DNA from: a bacterium | GTDB taxonomy: Bacteria > UBA8248 | DNA length: 64,000 nt | Reading direction: 5' to 3' | NCBI GenBank assembly: GCA_965213685.1 | Contig: CBDBZY010000064.1 | Coordinates: 640,001 to 704,000, forward strand | Shown here: positions 13,093 to 31,405 of the stretch, one piece after another | Layout: the number at the start of each line of letters is the position of its first letter | How positions within the stretch are numbered: position 1 is the stretch's first letter | Translations under genes and position numbers: made by a program | The notes under the pieces: generated by a model | What the model was told of the DNA's origin: nothing | Databases searched by the model: none | Seen by the model: only the letters and a program-made list of their open reading frames with translations

Positions 13093-13891
13093 TTAAAGGC
13101 CGCAGTATCAGAGTCAGAGGGAGCTCACGTGATAGCCAATTCCGAGAGTGGAGACTGCAAATTAGCCAATATAATGAACCGGTGCGCGGGCGGTGACGAG
13201 AAACTGACAATCTAGTTTGTGTGGCCTAGGAGAGTGAAAATAGCCATACATTAACAGTTACACTGTATCGTTGGCATTTAACTCTTTAACTACGAAAAGA
13301 ATGCATTTTGGCATTCTGTTTGATTGTTTATACTGCTGGCCACAAATACTCGATTGTGGTGAACTGGTAGTATGTGGGCACAGAAAGATCAAATAACGTG
13401 TGTATCGCGTGGTAGCGTCATACAACGCACAGGGGCGCTACAACGGGGGCGGCAACTTGTCGTTCGAAACTGCTGACTCAGCATTTTTTTATCGTACTTC
13501 GCCCGCGTTTCTACCTTTGCCTTGGGGCACGAAGGTTCATTTTTGTTCTGAATGCTTAGAAGTATTCGTTAGAGAACTAGGAGAAGTAACTCGACTGTAA
13601 ACCTAAGACTTTCTCCGTTATGCGCTCCCCGAGCAATACCGCTTCAATATACACGCGTAATGCGGGCAAGCTCGAACGGTACTCACGCAAGGCTCTATGA
13701 GCTGTCCATTTTGGAATCAAACGGTTTCTAGCCCAAGTACAGTTCTTCCATATGCATCAGCGCTCCCAACTAGCCTGGTGTCATAAAAATAAGATCCAAG
13801 GGTGCGCAAACAAATAACCGCATGTGCTAACTTGGCTAATTTTGCCTTTCCGTATATAAAGAGTTAATCAAGTCGATAAATAAGGACGAAT

Positions 13892-15427
13892 ATGTGTAGC
13901 CACTATAGAACGTCTCCCAACAAGAAGAAGGTTCTCATTGGCTATACAGTCTGCCTGACGCTTGTTGTGCTCACTTTGTTGAGCGTAAAGCAAGAAATCC
14001 AGTCTCCTATCGCCAACAACAGTGTCACGGCTGTGTACACCGGGAAGAGGACAAGCTCGCTAAGTCAGGCTAACTCAACACTAACGGCGAAGGAAAGAAA
14101 TGGACACCACACGGGGAGAGAGACGGTCAAAGTCCCACAAACAGCGGAACAGCGTGGCTACTTGGTGGTTTTGAATTTTCCAGAACAGTTAACTGCAGCC
14201 ACAGACGACCTAATCCAGTTGTACACGTTTAATCAAAAGCACTTGAAGTTAAGAATGATAGAGCCCTATGTACTAGGATCTCACCTGAAAACTGTACCTC
14301 CAGTATCTGAAGATTTCAGGTCTCTTCCACTGATTAGTGCCTTCTTGAATAGGACTGCCATGCTTACTATTCTGAAGAGGTGTTTTCATTCAGACCATGT
14401 GGACTGGCATCCTTTCCCTGATTTCCTGATCAACGCTGCCCGACAGTTCGTTGTTGTGACATTTGTTACAGCAAAAGCAACAATGTTAAATGGGAATATT
14501 TCTACCTGTAGTTCCAATATGGAACATATTGAATATGTTCTCAATTATCACTTGAAGAAGGTGAGCAATAGAGCACTTTCCAAGCATGGAGTGAACTACA
14601 CTTTCAGAGGTGTACATTCACTGTGTGTGAAAGCAATACCTGGGGAACCTTTCTCCATGAAAGATGTGGTACGGTTCATTAGAACGTGGATGACCAACAC
14701 TTCCCATGGAACTAAAGAACCTTTCTCTCCCCAATTTTCTGTTGTCATTCCAGAGTGGAGAGCTGTAAAGAACACAGAGGATCTCTTCTACTACTATGAT
14801 CCTAGTTACATAGGCAGGAATATGACAGGTTCGTGTCAGTTACGGTCTCTAGCACACACCCCATATGTTACTGAAGCTGCCAAAAGTATGTTCCAACGTC
14901 TGTCACTCTCTCGACCATTCATTGCTGTACATGTACGTTCTGAAAGAATCTCAGAACAAGAACTGAAGCGGCACAGAACAGATTTTATCAATAGCTGTAT
15001 CAGTAATTTTTCAAAGATTCTTCAGGTTGTAATGAAAGTCCACAATATATCGCTGGAAAATGTTGTATTTGTTCATGATGGGAGTCAGCATGGTAGTGAT
15101 TCAATGGGAAGTCAAAAAAGTCAAAAAAGGAGTGCATCTAATTACATTATATCAAGAATAAAGGCAATTGGGATTAAAAATGTACAATACAAATCACAAA
15201 ATAGCCCTAATAACGTCAATTCAAGTGCTACAGAATCTGCACTTGCTCAGTTTGTTGAGAAGGAGTTTCTAGTGTCAGCTGATGTTCTTATTGCACTGGG
15301 TTATGGTGGGTTCCAGGGCAGTCTCATCAGAAGGTTCAAGGCAAAGAGCAGTGGTGGAAACAATTGGTACAAACTCTGCTCTGATTATACAAAAAATGAT
15401 CGTCTTCCAGTAAACATTTCTTTCTGA
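13892..15427 (+). CDS. Type II membrane O-fucosyltransferase-like glycosyltransferase (511 aa, single coding exon)
   Basis: N-terminal KKK plus TM anchor, stem region, RPFIAVHVRSE (HxR GDP-fucose-binding motif) and ALAQFVEKEFLVSADVLIALGYGGF (motif III-like). TATATAAA at 13853; AATAAA overlaps the stop. Confidence 0.75.
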   Translation: MCSHYRTSPNKKKVLIGYTVCLTLVVLTLLSVKQEIQSPIANNSVTAVYTGKRTSSLSQANSTLTAKERNGHHTGRETVKVPQTAEQRGYLVVLNFPEQLTAATDDLIQLYTFNQKHLKLRMIEPYVLGSHLKTVPPVSEDFRSLPLISAFLNRTAMLTILKRCFHSDHVDWHPFPDFLINAARQFVVVTFVTAKATMLNGNISTCSSNMEHIEYVLNYHLKKVSNRALSKHGVNYTFRGVHSLCVKAIPGEPFSMKDVVRFIRTWMTNTSHGTKEPFSPQFSVVIPEWRAVKNTEDLFYYYDPSYIGRNMTGSCQLRSLAHTPYVTEAAKSMFQRLSLSRPFIAVHVRSERISEQELKRHRTDFINSCISNFSKILQVVMKVHNISLENVVFVHDGSQHGSDSMGSQKSQKRSASNYIISRIKAIGIKNVQYKSQNSPNNVNSSATESALAQFVEKEFLVSADVLIALGYGGFQGSLIRRFKAKSSGGNNWYKLCSDYTKNDRLPVNISF

Positions 15428-16982
15428 ATAAATGCTGAACGCCAATGAGTATAGCTACATAAAAATGCTTATGTAATACTGCACTACAAATTTCATGGTG
15501 TTCATAAGTGCACATTTTTTTGCTCTCTCAACATGTGGCACTGAAGTGATATAATGAATGTTCAAAATATGTGTAGGATATGTTTCAAGAAATGTGGAGG
15601 AGTGAGGGATAGAGTAAGTTGACTGGTTATCTCAGTTGTAGCTGATTGACATCATGTCACTCCCACACTGAGTTTATACTCTAGAGACTGAAGGCATGTG
15701 TGGGTGTCTCCAAGCATGCTACCACAGCCTGCACAGATGATACAAACATTGCTGGTTTAATACTCAACTTGGCTATAGTCTAGCCCTAGTGTCCTGCCTT
15801 GTCTTTCATGCTGTAGAGTCTGTGCACGTACACGCGTGCACATGCTATAGCCTCCGAGGCTCGTACGCTAAGCCCCCTCCTCACGCACGCGCAATCATAC
15901 AGATGACCTTTAGGATAGCGCGTGCGCAACACGTAAGCGAACGTGTAACCATAGATACTATGAACTACGTAACCGGGATTGGAAACTACGTAATTATTGC
16001 GTGCCAAAAAGCATCTGCAAATAATAACTAAATACAACTGCACCACACGCAAACATGTGGAGGATGGCATTTGTCTGCCAACAGCAAATAGTTTCCTTAG
16101 TCGCCATGTGTCATGCAGATAGAGTTTTTTCAATATCTCTATTTTTAAATACGTGTATGTGCAGCTGTCATCACACTACGTGAGTTTTAAGCTATCTATT
16201 TTTCTACTCAGCATTGTTTCTATCTCATTTTGTAACTTAGTATTCGTAGTATATTTTATCATGGGGAAGTTGGGACACTGGGTGTGTAGGGAGAGTTGGG
16301 CCCATAAAAGACTCTTTAACCTACCGCCCCAGTTCTCAAGGCTGGGCACCCAGGGTCCTGCTTTCTTGTTTTTCTGTTTTGTATGTTGTGTCTTCTGTGT
16401 TTTATGTGTACGTGAGGTTCTTTCTCTTCTTCTTTCTTAGCTAGGATGCTATAAACATGTTTTTTTCCATGATCATTACGGCTCAGAAGCGGGCCGGGAC
16501 CGGGAGGCTTGGGAGTGAGAACGCAAGTAGTCAGCTGTCTACACATTTTGTCCATACCTTCGTGGCAATTTGGAGTGTGAATGTTCATTCTGACTAGGTA
16601 GAGCCACCGCACCATTATAAATCCATTCACGTATGTAAGCCTGACACAATATGTGACTCTGAGAAAACATGTTACAGTCTCATCCTTCATATCCTAGCAA
16701 AAGATCTTTCTAGTTTAGCCACTATAGTCTAATCCCATATACGCTACGCGGAAGTAGTCAGGGGACGTTAGCACCAACGACTTGTATCTTAGGAATGTGA
16801 CATTGCGTAAGAATGCGCACGCTAATATCACGTGAACGCGGAGACACAACCCTCATACGTCAGTGTCAGTGGCTGTCAGTGGGGATACTACAAGCACAAT
16901 GGACAGGTGGCTGCTAGCGTACACTTGGTCAACTGAGATAACCTTAGCAACGTTAAAACAATCATCTCTTTTTTTGCAGTGA

Positions 16983-19180
16983 AATAGGTCCATTTCAACT
17001 GGGCTTTGTTATCACCATACCATTTGTACATGTGGATATAGAATTGGCCAAGCACAGCATGAATACTCAGTAGCTATATTCTACCACCAGCTCCTCAACT
17101 GGCTTGTTCCAGAATGCAAAGACAAACACCTTGATAAGGCACACACATACTGGACTATTGTGCTTTCAATCTCAACACTGAAATGATACACTCCCACTGT
17201 TTTCATAACTATAGAAAAGTACAGTTTCCATAGATTGTGCATGCAAGTTATTCTGAAGCACAACAAAGCACTGTTTTGACAATCATTCTCAAGGGGCATA
17301 TAAAAATGCATGAGCAATTCCTCTCAAAGCTCTGTCCAGCAGCACTTTCTTCTCACCAGCTGATTGCAGCAAGCCATGGAAGGAATCTTGGGCCTTGCCA
17401 TGGTGCTCTTGGCTACGGGACTGCTGTTTGCCCCTACTTCCTGTATGCCAATTTATGCTCCACGGGTGGGCCCAAGTTCCATCCCATCACTCCAGAGCAC
17501 TAATGGACAACCCCAAGCAAGCCGCACTTGGAACATACCACAGGCTCAGGAAGCATCTCCCAATGAACAAGTGGCAGAGAAGGAACAGCTAGGATCATTG
17601 ATTCGGGGAGCTTGGAATATCTATAGGAACAGACACACCCCCAGTGATGCATCAAACATGCAGACCAACCGGAATGACTTTGCCATGAGTGGGAAAATCA
17701 ACCTGGGTGCTCTTACTGACCAACTGAATGCTCTTACTCTCCAGCTGTTGAATAGTCAGCCCTCTGCACATACCCCAACTGAGCCAGTGGCGGAGGCTCA
17801 GCGCAAGAGGTACTGGCCAATCGTTAGGAATTTCCTGGACAACATTCTCTCTCCAACAGACGCACCAAGTGAGCAGCCTGACACAAATACACTTGCTGAG
17901 AGTCTGGAGAATACCTTGAATAGGCAGATTCTCGTAGGAGCAGGCCCTCAGCCAGTAGCTAGGACTCAGGTCTGGTCATCTATACGCAAGTTTGTGGGAG
18001 ACCTCTTCGGTAAGTCGTGCTTGATAGATTGCACGTGTTCAGATGCGTACAAGTAGGTAAATCTTACTATAATGCGACAGATTTGTATACGTGCGTACAT
18101 ATAGCAGGTTACGCACTAGCCACGTTGTATATGACTGTAAGAACTACCACGAATGTGCGTGTACATGCATTTTTTCCTCCGCAATGAGAACATTTCCTCT
18201 CCCACTCCTTCCCTCCTGTATAGCCCCAAAATGCAGCGATGCACTATACATCATGGTCTACACCGGCAGAACCAGGAATGCATCCACCGCGGACACGCCC
18301 GACGTGGAGCTGCAGGTGGGTGAGGAAACCGAATTGGTTTCTCTGCCCCAGCTCCCGGGAGAGGAATTCGTCGCAAACAAGGGAGACCTGTGGAGGATCA
18401 ACCTCTCGGACTTCGGCTTCACAGATACCTGCATCACTAAGGGAGATGTGCAGAGGATCACTCTGGTTGAGGAAGGGAACGATGGATGGCTGATAGACTC
18501 CGTCGTGACGTTCCTGAGGACCGAGGACTCCTTCACTCTGCTGTCCAGCGATATCGACGTAAGCCGCTGGATCGATGGAAATGGAGGGTCGGAGTTGGAG
18601 CGCTTCAGCCTGAGCATCGCCTAAGTACACATGTCAAACAGAGAGTGCGATTAATGTAATAATGTGAAAAAAAACACTCATCTAGAGGATTCTTTAGCCG
18701 TAGGAAGTGTGTTCCCTTCACATAATTTGTGTTGAAATAATCAAAAATACTGAAACAACCTTAGAGATGACAACGCAATGAAATATCAAAAGAAGGTACG
18801 TTTCCAAATGTGTCTGAGTTGCCATAAAGCCTCCTGTAGTACAAGTACAGCCTTAGCTGTCAAACAATGATAAAATAATACTTTTGTTCACAAACGTCCT
18901 GAACAAAACAATATAGCTACCTATTAGTACAAAAATTCCGGAACACAAGTACTTTTTCGTAGCATACACAATCTACTTCTGACTCCCTTTTTCTCAATGA
19001 CCATGTGTTGCTGATTTAATTGACAGCAAAATTATAGTAATGGTTGTCAGCTACACAGCCTTAGATGCAACAGAAGACTGTGCCCAGCTAGAACACTGCG
19101 CAGAAATGAATGCTTTGTGGCTCACAATGGCAGGTGGATTGTCACACTCTCTTCAGTATGCAGTGCACTTACATGTATGT
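16983..19180 (+). repeat. Segmental duplication copy 2 (partner 5764-7970)
   Basis: Near-identical to copy 1 with small indels. Confidence 0.95.
17376..18624 (+). CDS. Secreted protein (344 aa): signal peptide, pro-region with repeated amphipathic peptide cassettes, C-terminal PLAT/LH2-like domain; exons 17376-18009 and 18224-18624
   Basis: Signal peptide MEGILGLAMVLLATGLLFAPTSC. Phase-1 GTAAGT..TAG intron restores the frame. Exon 2 reads YIMVYTG..NAST..VEL..F..NKGDLW..GDVQRITL..GNDGWLIDSVV, matching the PLAT consensus. Confidence 0.8.
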
Positions 19181-19974
19181 GTAGGTTAGGAACCCAACGC
19201 GAGACAAATCGAAATTCTCGAATCCCCGGGCCCAGGGTGTAGCTACCTCGAGGGCGAAGCCCGCACGTGGGATTCTAGAACCGAGGATTTAGAAAATGGC
19301 TCGAGGTATTGTTGGCGGCCGGAGCGAAAAAGTCATTATCACCTCGGCACTTTATAGATGCCATTTTCTTATTTTAAGGAAAGAATATTAACCTGAGAAG
19401 CGGGCAACCTTCGTAGAGCCATAGATAACTAATGTCCGCATCCATCATCTATGGTACATGTATAGAACGGATAATCTACCGTGTTGGTACTTGCTACAGA
19501 TACACAAGATTGGTACTCTGCATTGGAGGATGACAAGGAAGTCTGTGCTATGGTCTTTGACTGTCAAAAACCATCTTACACTGAACCCATCAACCAGTGA
19601 TTGAAAAATCTCTTTCAGTCCATGCATATTAGGTAATTATCTCATGACTTAACTCGTCAACTATGGCGGTGAGTGGACAATCATTAGGAACACGGCTGAT
19701 TATTGACTTACACCAAGATAATAAGTTCTATCTTAAGGTGACAATTTTTTGCGGGTACTAAATAAATGTTTGAAATATTCGCGGACTGGCACAAAAACAC
19801 AAAATTTTGTACACGTAAACAAACGTTTTACTAGCTTGTAGCCTTCTCAACATTACCACATTTCTATTGAAGACTATACATGTTCACTGCCATCATTCCT
19901 TATGTACATGGTTGAAGAAATGTTACAGTGTTTCAAAACAAAGTAAGTGATTTCTGTTTGGATAGGATATTAGA

Positions 19975-20940
19975 TCATGAGTTATCAAAACTGTACTGAG
20001 AAAAGAAAGGAAATCTCTTCATCCTCCACTCAACGTACTGCACCACATCTCTCTCCCACACCACATTGTCTCTGCTCCTGGAGATGTTCCTAAAGACCTT
20101 CTCGTGGCATGCCGTAACATAGTCTGCAGGACAGGGTACCTCCAGCACTGTACAGATATGCTTTATGACCTCCTGTGGATGTCTGATGAAATCTTCACTG
20201 TGGATATCAATCACATGTGCAAACTCAGACACTTTTAGCACTGTTTCAGCAAACCAGAATATCATTTTGATGTAGTATCTCAACTTCTGAAGTTCCAAAA
20301 GTACTTGATTTCCACTCTGTCGCATGGCCCTCATGTCATCTTCATGGGCAAACCGATGCAAAGCACCGGTTGCTATCATGTCAAATGGATTTCTCACCAC
20401 ATGAAACATAACAATTGGCACTCCAACAACATCTCTTAGCATCTCAAAACAAGCCTTTGACTCATTAAAACGTCTACTAAATGTTGCAGAGAGATATCCT
20501 CCACTCTTGTCACCGATGATTTTCAGCTGACGGAATGTTCCCTGCCAAGATGTTGGGATACGTAGATTATAGCCCTTACCAATGTCCCTCTCACTCCTCC
20601 ACCCACTCATCTGGATGGCATTATTGTAGCTATTATTGTAGAGCTTGCTGAAGAGCACGCCCTTGTCCTGCAGTAGACTGGGCCTGTTCAGTAGAGCACA
20701 TTCTTCCAGTATCCTGTACTCGTGTGCTATTACAATGTTTGGGTGTGCATCCATCATGCTGCCAATGATACTGTGACCACTTCTGGGGTAGCCAATGAAG
20801 AGGACTAACTTTTCCACACCATCCACTTCAGATTGGGACAGTGAGACATTGACACCAGTTGTCTTGTCTTTGTACAGCACAGAGCACATATATAATAGCA
20901 CTAAGAATACCAGCACCACGACAACAGTACTCCTCTTCAT
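19975..20940 (-). CDS. Type II membrane (Golgi) sulfotransferase, TPST-like/Sulfotransfer_3 (321 aa from MKRSTVVVV)
   Basis: TM anchor; 5'-PSB loop LFIGYPRSGHSIIGSMMDAHPNI (TPST has FIGGVPRSGTTL..MLDAHP); GDKS; HVVRNPFD (3'-PB). Confidence 0.85.
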   Translation of the reverse strand: MKRSTVVVVLVFLVLLYMCSVLYKDKTTGVNVSLSQSEVDGVEKLVLFIGYPRSGHSIIGSMMDAHPNIVIAHEYRILEECALLNRPSLLQDKGVLFSKLYNNSYNNAIQMSGWRSERDIGKGYNLRIPTSWQGTFRQLKIIGDKSGGYLSATFSRRFNESKACFEMLRDVVGVPIVMFHVVRNPFDMIATGALHRFAHEDDMRAMRQSGNQVLLELQKLRYYIKMIFWFAETVLKVSEFAHVIDIHSEDFIRHPQEVIKHICTVLEVPCPADYVTACHEKVFRNISRSRDNVVWERDVVQYVEWRMKRFPFFSQYSFDNS

Positions 20941-21234
20941 CCTACACTTCCCTCTGTAACTCATGTAAGTAGCTAGGTGTACATATAGCTCTAGCTCTGG
21001 CATGCTCTGCACAACTACATGTGGAAACACAGCAAACGTTCTTCTGCTAGTATCTATGGGAGGACTTGCAGGCTCCATGCCATGTGTACATAGGGATATG
21101 ATGCATTGGAGGGAATGCATGAAACCCCTGGCTGGCATGCATTCCACTGCAGCTAGGTGCTTCATACCAGTAACAAATATGCAAGCTGGAATTTGCCAGT
21201 AATCAATAATAATTACATCAATTGATCTTTGTTA

Positions 21235-21676
<442 letters not shown>

Positions 21677-21756
21677 GGTGCACTGACAAGATAAGGGAGG
21701 AAGGAGGGAAGGAAAGGGAGGAGGAGAAAACAGACAAGAAGAGGAAGTATGCAAGT

Positions 21757-22295
<539 letters not shown>

Positions 22296-22987
22296 GGGAG
22301 AAAAAACATTTGCCCTATAGCTCTCACCTCCTATGTAGGTAACATTTTCACGTAACTGATAAGATTACATTCTCGTATGACCACATTGGCTATGTTAACA
22401 AAATAATTCAAAGAGCAAGGATGCTGGTCTGTTCAATGAGTCTCTCCTCAAATCCAGCAAGAGTGACATCATCGTGGTGGTCTTCCTCATCTTCCCCACG
22501 GGGACCAACAGCTTCAACGTGGAGAGTCTGAAGGGGCAACTACAGCGAGGAACAGCTGCAGTGAGGAGCTTGCATGTGTGTCTTAAATATATTTACTCTA
22601 TGCTAATCAGTACACATAATAGTTATACCGCGAGTCCAAGAATTATTCTACGTGGAGCTAATGGCGTCACAGGGATGCTCAAGACACTCTGTCCATAGAT
22701 TTGATGGTTAACACTCTATGCTATGTCGTAGCCATGACCCTCCCCGCGCGCGGTGCTCGGTGTGAAATAGCGCGTAGAGTCGAAACTGTAACAGGGCTAA
22801 GTCGGGAGGGGGGGGGAATGACGTAATCGCAAAGGGTCTATATATTGGCTAGGCTGCTCGCGCATACCACAATCAAGAGACTCTCCCTCTCCGCTCGGAT
22901 ATGCCTGCCCATTAAGCGAAGACTACGCTGCTACACGCGCCCGTCATGTCCTTGGAGCTAGAACCGACAGTTTAATACCCTGCGCTC

Positions 22988-29210
<6,223 letters not shown>

Positions 29211-29951
29211 ACATGTATGACACACCACATAATATGGTGAGTGCAGTATATGTGCATAGTGGTTACAGTATTATACACACATTACAAGACCCAATGTGGC
29301 ATGCTGCAACACGTTGCGACATGTGCCTTGGTCAAGGGGAGAAAGGATGACGTATTTGTTTGTAGATTAGCTCTGAACTGAAGGAGCTGGCTATATATAT
29401 ACGCCTACAGTAGTACTCCTGCTCCTCACTGATGATGTATAGATATTGCTTCATGTTGGTATTCCTAATCTCTACACTGTCCATGAAATACTAAGTTACT
29501 CAACTTACATACATGTCAATGTAAAAAGTACTGTAAGGCAAGTTGAAGGTGGTGCACTGGAGAGCGTTGGCCTGTAAGCATGTGTATGGACAAAGGGATG
29601 TGGTTTAACTATATAACCTGAAACATTTCTAGCAGTCACTATTTTACTGCATCAGGTGTTATGCCTTTGCCTAGTATTGGAGTTGTACTGGTCTGGTCAG
29701 TCTCCATTGGGCCACCTTACCTCAAATGCATGAAGCATGGAAGAGTACAGATTTGACAATAGCTGTAGGGGATGTGGTCAAGATCCAACTGACCCTTCAC
29801 ATTTCTTGTGCTACTGCACCACCTAGGGAAGTCTTGTTACAAGGTAAAGTTTCATCAGTATGCAGATATTGACTGTACTGTATGCCATTAGTATTTACTG
29901 CACTCCACACGTGCCATCAATCATCCACACACTCACACTCACTGGATGTAG

Positions 29952-30047
29952 AGCAGGAAACTGGGGGATGCTGCTTTGCATGGTGATGTAGCAACAGATG
30001 CTATGCTACTTGATGAAGGAGCTGATACTAACACCACAAGTGGATAC
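29952..30047 (+). pseudogene. Isolated ankyrin-repeat-like exon
   Basis: TAG|AGCAGG..TAC|GTGAAT encodes SRKLGDAALHGDVATDAMLLDEGADTNTTSGY (L..AA..G..LL..GAD.N). A downstream DYDD*TPL remnant lies at ~30163. Confidence 0.45.
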
Positions 30048-30479
30048 GTGAATGAGAGACAGCGTACACTCTCCAAGTAGATAGTACTTTACTCTGTCTC
30101 ATGTCTATGGCTCAATGAGCTAATTTTATGAGCTAATTTTATATTTCCTCTTTCACATGAAAGATTATGATGATTAGACTCCACTAGTCTTCCTCAGGTC
30201 ACTACTATATACAGCCACTGAAAAGACAGTTACATTGCAGTTGTAGTAGACACTCCACACATACCATCATGCACGTAACAATGTATAACAATGGCAATGG
30301 CACAATAGAAAAGGAAGTAGAAAGAAAGATGACTAGACCAAAATAGAGTAAATGAAGTATGAAAGAGAAGGAAGATAAAAATAAAATCTAAAAAGGAACC
30401 ATCAATACAAACAGTTACAAATATGTCACATGAGTGTTCCAAATAGGGCTAACAGCCAAACCCTGGACATATATAGTGT

Positions 30480-30590
30480 ACAAGGTTGACAGACTTCACA
30501 TGGTTGACAGAGTTTACAAGGTTGAAAGGGTTAATAGGGTTTGCAGTTGACATGGTTGAAAGGATTGACAGTTAACATGGTTGACAGCTT
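30480..30590. repeat. Degenerate short tandem repeat (GGTTGACAG-like)
   Basis: Several CA(A/T)GGTTGA(C/A)AG units. Confidence 0.6.
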
Positions 30591-31405
30591 TGACACTATG
30601 GGAAGTTAGGACAAGGCTACTATTATACCATGTGGCCTAGTTGAAAACAATGGCTCAGTGTCACCCACTCTGCAAAAATATGTGAAGTGTCACTCATGGT
30701 TCAGTAAAACAATGTTCTTAACATGTCTGCTTTGGATACTACATGTATGTGCAAGTGTAACAGAGTAATGTACTTTGTGCAATAGGTTTTAAAGAAACTT
30801 TGAGAATAATCTGAAACATGTAAAGAATAATAGATGAAGTATTGGGAATAATCTGAAGATTTGAAAGAATAATTCTGGGAATAAAGGAATAGAATAATAG
30901 GGAGACTTTGGGGAATAATGGCCTATGTTAGTCTAGTAACCAATCAGAGATTTGTGGCACATGTTGTGATGGAGGAACAAACATACTGCACTCTGTCATT
31001 GTCAAAGTTCAATACAATTTGGATGTCTGAAATCAGAATTAGCCGTTTTAATGCAGCATATTGAAGGCATTAATTACAATGTTCAGTAATATTGGACTTG
31101 AATTGGACCAAATATTCACACACTGATTATCACCTGTATCTTCTTGTCTTTTGTTTGGTATTGTTTGTGTGTGACTAGTGTTGCTATGGTTATTCCACAC
31201 CAGATGCACAGTTAGGAGTATATTGTGATGTGAGCTACATGTATGACTGTAATGCTCTGAGCTGTTGTGCATAAAATAAGTAAACACACACTTGAAGAAG
31301 CTAAAGCAACACTCAGTACACTCTAGAATATACAAAATCACTAATGATAAGCACTCTATACAGCAATATCAGTTGCTATTAAGTAACAATAATTTGTGTT
31401 TGGGT

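Noticed and set aside
20941-21165. N-terminal 75-aa extension of the sulfotransferase ORF
   Set aside because: The Met at 20940 directly precedes a basic-plus-TM type II anchor; the extension has no recognisable features.
22415-22565. Possible exon DAGLFNESLLKSSKSDIIVVVFLIFPTG ending at GTGAG
   Set aside because: Coding-like, but I cannot assign a family or link it to other exons.
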